Source: a virus (taxonomy: Duplodnaviria > Caudoviricetes). Taken from it: a stretch of 64,000 nt of DNA. Positions 58,236 through 64,000 of the stretch are shown piece by piece. The translations under genes and the position numbers were made by a program. The stretch is taken from positions 730-64,729 of the IMG/VR virus record IMGVR_UViG_3300010397_000048, one strand, 5' to 3'. Below the pieces are notes generated by a model. It worked only from the letters and a program-made list of their open reading frames with translations. It searched no databases and was not told where the DNA came from. The stretch's first letter is position 1; every line of letters begins with the position of its first letter.

Positions 58236-60571
58236 TACTCAATCCAGCTCCCATCCTTTACCCATGGTGTAAACACTGTCGGATTAATATAAGAACTTAA
58301 TGCCATTGATGCATCATTTCCTAATTCAGTAGCAACTCGACGCCCGATTTCCTTACGTGCCTTCAAAAAATCAGGCTTAGACTGAGGAGGTTCGATATTT
58401 TTAACCTCGCGCAATGCAACCACATTAGCGTGATTAGTACGTAGATCTTTTAGTAGAAATTCTTTAGGAATTCCACCTTCACTATTCATATACCGACGTA
58501 CTTTATCTTCATTAGTATTAAAAAGCTGTTCTTCCGAATCCTTACCGATATGACGAGATCGAAGAACATCGACCACCTTAGAGTCATGTGTCTTTAGTAC
58601 AATGTGGACTCCATCTTTACCAGTGAAATCAAGGGTTGCAGAGCCATCGTCATTGAAATGTACGTGCTTTGCTTTTAGGTTCGTAGCGCCGTGTGCTTGT
58701 ACCTTTGCACCACGATTAGCATTAGACCCTGGTCGCATTCCCATCCGACGAATTAGAGTAAGTGCTCCCGCTTCATCGCTAGTTAATGCATCTCGCTCTA
58801 GTGCTGAATCCAATTTATCTAAATGGGGTTGCAATTCTTTGTTTCGCTGGAATTTCTTTTCGGCCTGACGTGCTGTGTGTTCCTTTGAATACCATGCTTG
58901 TCTACGACCTTTTGAATCTCGGCCTAAAACCTGAAGATCAGCAGTTTCTAAATTATCAGCAATTTGAACATCAGTCCAAGCAGGAGGAATTGACTTACCA
59001 GTAACTTCTTTGAATCGAGCCTTACTTTCATCAGTTGCTGGTGACATTCCTTCTTTAGAAGCAAATTGTCCACTAGCTTTACTGTGAATTTTATTAAAGC
59101 GCGATTCCGAAGTAGCAGCTTCGAATTCTTCATCTAAAATATCTAAAATAGAGCGTCCTGCTGCGGCATCCTGTTTACGTAATTTATCTTCTTGCTTTGT
59201 ACGTCCACCTTCACCCGGTGAATTAGCACCGCTCTTTGGCGGAGACGGTGTACTATTCGCAGGATTAGGAGAATTCTGAGCCATCGCGTCACCCTGCACT
59301 TTAGCCAATTCCTGCTGCTGTGCCGATGCAATTTCGGAAAAGAACTTATCTCCGTCAGTAACTTTAGGAAGTCCTAATTTCATACGTGTTTCATTTTTAG
59401 TAGAAACATCTTTTTCAAATAGACCAACCCAAGTATCAGACAATTCCTTAAAGGTACCCATAAGCAATGCTGAGGTATCGAGTTCAATAAATGTACCCAA
59501 ACCTTCATTACCAGGAGCATAAGCACTTAAGGCATCCTGTAAGCGCGTGATCCACGGTCCGAAAGTTCCCTGTAGCATTGCTGTATTTTGCTCTGCTAAT
59601 CCAGAACCCCATGAGGTAGAAGCGCTTACAATTCCCACTCGGTGCGGCGGAACTCGGAACCATCTAGCGATGTCAATTGCCTGATGTTCACGCGACTGAA
59701 GGAACTGTGCATCATCCGGCGGAATAGTGATTTGATGAATCTTTGCTCCACCCGATGCAATTGCTGGACGATGCCAATTGTTCTTTCCTCTGTGGAATCG
59801 CTCGAATGTACGAACAATGTCCTTTGCCTTTGTTTCATCGACATTGTTAGGAATTTCCAAAACAATCTTAGCTTGTGACCCTTGACCGAAATAGCGGGCA
59901 CCATATTCTTCTAAGGTAAGTCCTAATCCAATAGCTTCACGCGCATATTGAATTACTGACATTCCGGCAGGCATTCCTGGTAAAGTAGGTCCTTGCACAT
60001 GGAAAATATCAAAAGACGTGTACCATGGTCCGTTACCACCAACACGATACCTACGGAATCCGGCCTTATTCGGGTCCCATTCCACAGTAACCGATGCAGG
60101 ATCTAAAACATCCAATCCCACAATTACACCATCACTTGGACGACGACGGAAAGCAGCATACCCGTTTCCCCAAGTCAATGCAGAAACTAGTAATTGATTA
60201 AAAATATCAAATCTTCTAATTTCCGGGTGAGGCGCACGAATCCACTGTGGAACTTCCTGTTCCTGGCGATTACCGTCAGCACCTAGTGTATAAGCGTGTG
60301 GTGGCAAAGAAGCAACACCATCAGCAATAAGTGTAATTGCAGCAAACACAACACCCATTTTAAAGGCCGAGTCCTCACTTACATACACACCACTATTGGT
60401 TTTAGTTCCTTCATCTTCATTTCCATAGACATTCCATGGGAGCACAGCGCGTAATTCTTCAGGCATTGAGTTCCATGCGTCTCTAGTTAATCCAGTTTCT
60501 GGATCATATTCGATAACCCTAGATTCAGTGGCAGACCGCTTGTTAATGCGGAATAAGTCAAAAAATGCCAC
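58235..60571 (-). CDS. HK97-family portal protein fused to type IB DNA topoisomerase
   Basis: Portal motifs (GNGY, DAQFLQSR, IARWFRVPPH, TKNETR); C-terminal IPPAWTDV, GRDSKGRRQ, MRPG, FTGKDG, KDLRT, LGN, SYINP. Confidence 0.9.
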   Translation of the reverse strand: MAFFDLFRINKRSATESRVIEYDPETGLTRDAWNSMPEELRAVLPWNVYGNEDEGTKTNSGVYVSEDSAFKMGVVFAAITLIADGVASLPPHAYTLGADGNRQEQEVPQWIRAPHPEIRRFDIFNQLLVSALTWGNGYAAFRRRPSDGVIVGLDVLDPASVTVEWDPNKAGFRRYRVGGNGPWYTSFDIFHVQGPTLPGMPAGMSVIQYAREAIGLGLTLEEYGARYFGQGSQAKIVLEIPNNVDETKAKDIVRTFERFHRGKNNWHRPAIASGGAKIHQITIPPDDAQFLQSREHQAIDIARWFRVPPHRVGIVSASTSWGSGLAEQNTAMLQGTFGPWITRLQDALSAYAPGNEGLGTFIELDTSALLMGTFKELSDTWVGLFEKDVSTKNETRMKLGLPKVTDGDKFFSEIASAQQQELAKVQGDAMAQNSPNPANSTPSPPKSGANSPGEGGRTKQEDKLRKQDAAAGRSILDILDEEFEAATSESRFNKIHSKASGQFASKEGMSPATDESKARFKEVTGKSIPPAWTDVQIADNLETADLQVLGRDSKGRRQAWYSKEHTARQAEKKFQRNKELQPHLDKLDSALERDALTSDEAGALTLIRRMGMRPGSNANRGAKVQAHGATNLKAKHVHFNDDGSATLDFTGKDGVHIVLKTHDSKVVDVLRSRHIGKDSEEQLFNTNEDKVRRYMNSEGGIPKEFLLKDLRTNHANVVALREVKNIEPPQSKPDFLKARKEIGRRVATELGNDASMALSSYINPTVFTPWVKDGSWIE

Positions 60572-60582
60572 GGTCTACCCTC

Positions 60583-62292
60583 CTAATCCCAATCATCATC
60601 AAAAGCATTATAGTTATCACCGAACAATTCATTGTCGGAGAATACAAACAAGTTTGCTTCTTTTTGAATATCAAGTCCAACTAATACTGTAAGTGCAGTA
60701 ACCAATGCCATCAACCCATCAATAGGTGCCTTGGATTTTAGCTTGTCAGGCTTAATTTTACCTTCTGAATCTTGCTTATAATTGGCATTCGATGCCATCC
60801 ATCGCATCATTCCGTTTTGATTCGTGGTTAACTGACGAACACCCATTAGACGAGTTAATTCCTGTGAACCAGGATTTAAGCGTGTAGTGGTCTGTGGAAC
60901 GGAAATACAAAGCACATCAGTTTTACCTTCAACCTGATTAATAATCGAAGGAGCCTGATGTTGGTCATAACCAATTGTAGTAATGTTATATCTTTCAATA
61001 TCTTCCAAGATATGTTTTGTGATCATGTCATAGTCATGACTATCACTTTCTACAATAGTCAACCAACCTTGTGCTTCCCAGTCTAAGAATCTCTCACGCA
61101 TTCTTCTATGTCTATTTCCTAAAGTCTTACGTGGCACCCAAAAATGAGGCTTTACCATCGTTTTTTCGGGAGTTTGCCACACAAGTACCCAAGCAGTTAA
61201 GTCCTGAGTGGACGCTAGGTCAAGTCCGCCAATAGCGGGGATACCCTTCAATTGCTCAGGGTCAAATAATCCAGCAGCTTCTTCACTCTGATCCCAAATA
61301 GTCATATCGAGCCATCTATTTGCATCATTACCCCATTGATTAAGTCGGAAAATGCGGAAATTGTTCAATGCCGCATAATCTCCCTTTTCTCTAGCAGTCT
61401 TCAACTCGTCGCGTAACTGCTGGATATCGAAGAATGTACCTAAAGCTGGATTTGCTTCATACCAAAGATTTTCATCTTCATAGTCTGCTTCTTCGTCCAC
61501 ATAGGCCACAAAAGAAAATCGCTTAGGATCAATGGTCGGATTAGTTGTAGCCGCTCGAATACTATGCTGGTGCTCAGTATATGCGAACGATTCACGATCA
61601 GGTCCAGCGGTAGTAATACCAATAATCAATTGATTAGGTCGGGTACCAAAACCTTGTGCAAGTGAGTCCCACAAATCACGATTCGGCTGAGCCAAAACCT
61701 CATCAATAAGAACTGCATAAGGATTTGCTCCCAGGTTGCTCATTGCATCCGCAGAAACTACCTGATAGGTAGACATCGTTGGTCTGTAAAGGATTCGCTT
61801 TCGTGAATCGATAATTTCCAGATCACCCTTTTCTTTCAATTTAGAAAGAGCAGGAGAAAGATTAATCATGTCTCGCGCAACATTGAAAACTGCCGATGCC
61901 TGGTTCTTATCTGAAGCTGCACCAATGATCTCAGCCGACCATTCACCGTCATAAATAAGCAAATACAAGGCCAGAGCTGCAATTAGTTCTGATTTTCCTT
62001 GTTTTCTTGCCATTTCAATCCACGCTGTGTTGTATTGTCGCACCCACTTCTTCCAGAACTGAGAATAGGTAATGGTTCCAAAAAGCGGAGCTATAATGCC
62101 CTCTAATTCCCATCTACCTTCGTCGTTCTTTTTGGCGCTACCTTTTTGCCAGTCTTCAAGAACAAATGGTTTTCTTGCCCACGTCGATTTAGTGTGTACA
62201 GTCATCCGTTCAATGAAATTAATGGCCTTTTTTGCTCTCTTAGCCGAAAACTCCGCACCTTCTGGAAGGGTAGAAGTATGAACAATCGGCAT
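60583..62292 (-). CDS. terL: terminase large subunit
   Basis: LEDWQ, ARKQGKS, LIDEV, ITTAG, GLDLAST.DLTA, IDG. Confidence 0.95.
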   Translation of the reverse strand: MPIVHTSTLPEGAEFSAKRAKKAINFIERMTVHTKSTWARKPFVLEDWQKGSAKKNDEGRWELEGIIAPLFGTITYSQFWKKWVRQYNTAWIEMARKQGKSELIAALALYLLIYDGEWSAEIIGAASDKNQASAVFNVARDMINLSPALSKLKEKGDLEIIDSRKRILYRPTMSTYQVVSADAMSNLGANPYAVLIDEVLAQPNRDLWDSLAQGFGTRPNQLIIGITTAGPDRESFAYTEHQHSIRAATTNPTIDPKRFSFVAYVDEEADYEDENLWYEANPALGTFFDIQQLRDELKTAREKGDYAALNNFRIFRLNQWGNDANRWLDMTIWDQSEEAAGLFDPEQLKGIPAIGGLDLASTQDLTAWVLVWQTPEKTMVKPHFWVPRKTLGNRHRRMRERFLDWEAQGWLTIVESDSHDYDMITKHILEDIERYNITTIGYDQHQAPSIINQVEGKTDVLCISVPQTTTRLNPGSQELTRLMGVRQLTTNQNGMMRWMASNANYKQDSEGKIKPDKLKSKAPIDGLMALVTALTVLVGLDIQKEANLFVFSDNELFGDNYNAFDDDWD

Positions 62293-62407
62293 TTCTACCC
62301 TCCTAAAGGTACTAAAGCCAGATAATCAGCACTAAAATCAATGCGACTACTGAAAAAACAAGTGCTAGTGTCGCTCGGTCCATAGTAGAACCTCCCTTTC
62401 TAGCTAA

Positions 62408-62557
62408 TTAGCTTTCGTCAGCTTTTCCTGGGTCAATTGGCTTGGTATCCAAGCGATTACCCGTATTTTTAACCTGAGCAGTTACAGAAGCCGGGCGACC
62501 CTTATTCGGATTTCCTACAGCCTTAACATGAACAGGCTGACGTGATTTATTAGTCAA
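62408..62557 (-). CDS. small hypothetical protein
   Basis: MTNKSRQPVHVKAVGNPN..., 49 aa, overlaps the peptidase stop. Confidence 0.4.
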   Translation of the reverse strand: MTNKSRQPVHVKAVGNPNKGRPASVTAQVKNTGNRLDTKPIDPGKADES

Positions 62558-63338
62558 GGCAACCCCACTTTCCAGTTAGGAATAAGTTATAAAGTTTCTC
62601 AAGGAACGAACATTTCTTATTGATTGGTGGTACTGGAATCGGTTCAGGAGTAGGAGGTACTAATGGAATTCGAACTGGCTTACACACATCGCCATTCGCA
62701 GCAATCAGTTTTGCCATATCGGTCCGATAAATCTTAGCCTCTCCGTTGTCACCCCACGACTGTCCCCACGAATTACGAATAGTATAAAAACCACTCTCGT
62801 AGTTAATTCCAATCACTACTACACAGTGTCCACCAACAACTTGCCCAGTAGGATGTAAATAGCCATTAGAATCCGGATCCATCATTCCTTCATACCAGTC
62901 GATACCAATAATCACCGGACCATAATTAGAAATCGTACGTGCCATATCCAATTCATTATCTGCCCACAGATAATTACTGTAGTAACCTCTATTTTTAGCT
63001 ACTTTAGCTCCTGCTAATACAGAAGTTCCTTCGTAATCTTCTCCTGGCCATTCATCGATCCTTTTAGCATCATTGTAGACACTCATTGCAAAGTTATAAT
63101 TGATATTAGGAACTGGCTCTGGTTCAGCGGCCAATTCGCCAGAAGTACCGAATCCGACACACGCACCGTCTGATCCCTGATCTAAAATAGCGTAATCTTG
63201 CCACTTTTTAGTAAAGATCTCGGGTGCTTGAATCATTGTGCATTGTGCAAGTTCCTTAGTCCACATTAGAGATACAGGATAATTTCTATTCCGTAAGTCA
63301 TCAGAAGGTACTCGATCAAATTTGCGAGTTACAGTCAT
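62550..63338 (-). CDS. papain-like (C1) cysteine peptidase
   Basis: DQGSDGACVGF (Q, C), GGHCVVVIG (H), RNSWGQSWGDNG (N). Confidence 0.9.
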   Translation of the reverse strand: MTVTRKFDRVPSDDLRNRNYPVSLMWTKELAQCTMIQAPEIFTKKWQDYAILDQGSDGACVGFGTSGELAAEPEPVPNINYNFAMSVYNDAKRIDEWPGEDYEGTSVLAGAKVAKNRGYYSNYLWADNELDMARTISNYGPVIIGIDWYEGMMDPDSNGYLHPTGQVVGGHCVVVIGINYESGFYTIRNSWGQSWGDNGEAKIYRTDMAKLIAANGDVCKPVRIPLVPPTPEPIPVPPINKKCSFLEKLYNLFLTGKWGCLD

Positions 63339-63341
63339 TTC

Positions 63342-63848
63342 CTATAGTTCCTCTCCGAAATCTTCCCCTGTGTCATCGTCTCCCAGTAATAGACCAAGCA
63401 CATCTTGATCATCTTTAGGAATACGAATTCTGCTTCGTGCACTAGGAGAGAGTCCGAATTCACTTACGAATCCTCGGATCGCAGTACTAGCTTGTCCGAA
63501 TGCGGCAATCGCTGGATTACGAACCCAACCACGATGCCCCATTACTTGCATTCCGTTAGCTTGAATATCTAACTGAGCCTGAATTAGTAAATCAATGTTC
63601 ATACAATAAGCTTGAAAGGCTGGCAGATCACTTTCCGTTAACATTTTAGCTGCTACCAATAACGGACCAGTTCGATCCCATTCTTTAATTCCGTACTCTC
63701 CCAGATATTTCGGAGCCGGAGGTAATTGGAATAAGACTTCTAATTTAGGTAATTTATCTTTATGCAAATTAGCTTTACCAGGGTTACCTCTTGCTTCTTT
63801 ATCCTCCACTGACAAGGGTGCTGGTCCCGGCGGTCTACTCATATTCAC
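63342..63848 (-). CDS. terS: terminase small subunit (P27 family)
   Basis: GNPGK, PP.YL...EW, D...F.AYC, NPA, EFGLSPSARSR. Confidence 0.93.
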   Translation of the reverse strand: MNMSRPPGPAPLSVEDKEARGNPGKANLHKDKLPKLEVLFQLPPAPKYLGEYGIKEWDRTGPLLVAAKMLTESDLPAFQAYCMNIDLLIQAQLDIQANGMQVMGHRGWVRNPAIAAFGQASTAIRGFVSEFGLSPSARSRIRIPKDDQDVLGLLLGDDDTGEDFGEEL

Positions 63849-64000
63849 CTCCTTTAAATAGAATTTGCTTCAATTAATCATTACTCTAAGTAATTGTGTC
63901 AGACCGTCTCAGATCGATTCAGATCAATATTCAGTCGGCCTGCATAATATGCAGTAAAATTGGATTAAATTTATGTATCTTCCGGCCGTGCACGCGACTG

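Noticed and set aside
58235-59047. C-terminal portal domain as a tyrosine integrase
   Set aside because: IPPAW, GRDSKGRRQ and KDLRT motifs are TopIB-specific, and no att site or repressor is seen.

Overview
A large stretch of a siphovirus-type phage genome. The host is probably an actinobacterium (HK97-type head module, Lsr2-like protein, ThyX, actinophage-type holin and tail proteins), yet the DNA is visibly AT-richer than typical actinobacterial DNA. There are two converging arms meeting at a bidirectional terminator (~36.7 kb). The + arm carries an accessory/RNA region (1-19.9 kb) with 28 tRNA genes, ~10 paralogous small helical proteins, an AAA ATPase, a TROVE/Ro60-like DUF2828-type vWA protein and a secreted beta-helix protein. 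It continues into replication/nucleotide genes (exonuclease, resolvase, primase-helicase, PolA, ThyX, class II RNR). The - arm is the virion module, from small terminase to tail proteins and holin. Highlights: (1) seven copies of a covarying stem + ACAGCAA ncRNA motif flank the Ro60-like gene, and three of them enclose tRNA-like modules (one intact, one circularly permuted, one partial), suggesting a Ro/Y-RNA-like system; (2) the portal is fused in frame to a complete type IB topoisomerase, next to a putative ADP-ribosyltransferase that shares a short motif with it; (3) an expanded family of WXG100-like helical hairpin proteins. All calls come from reading motifs by eye; no searches were run.
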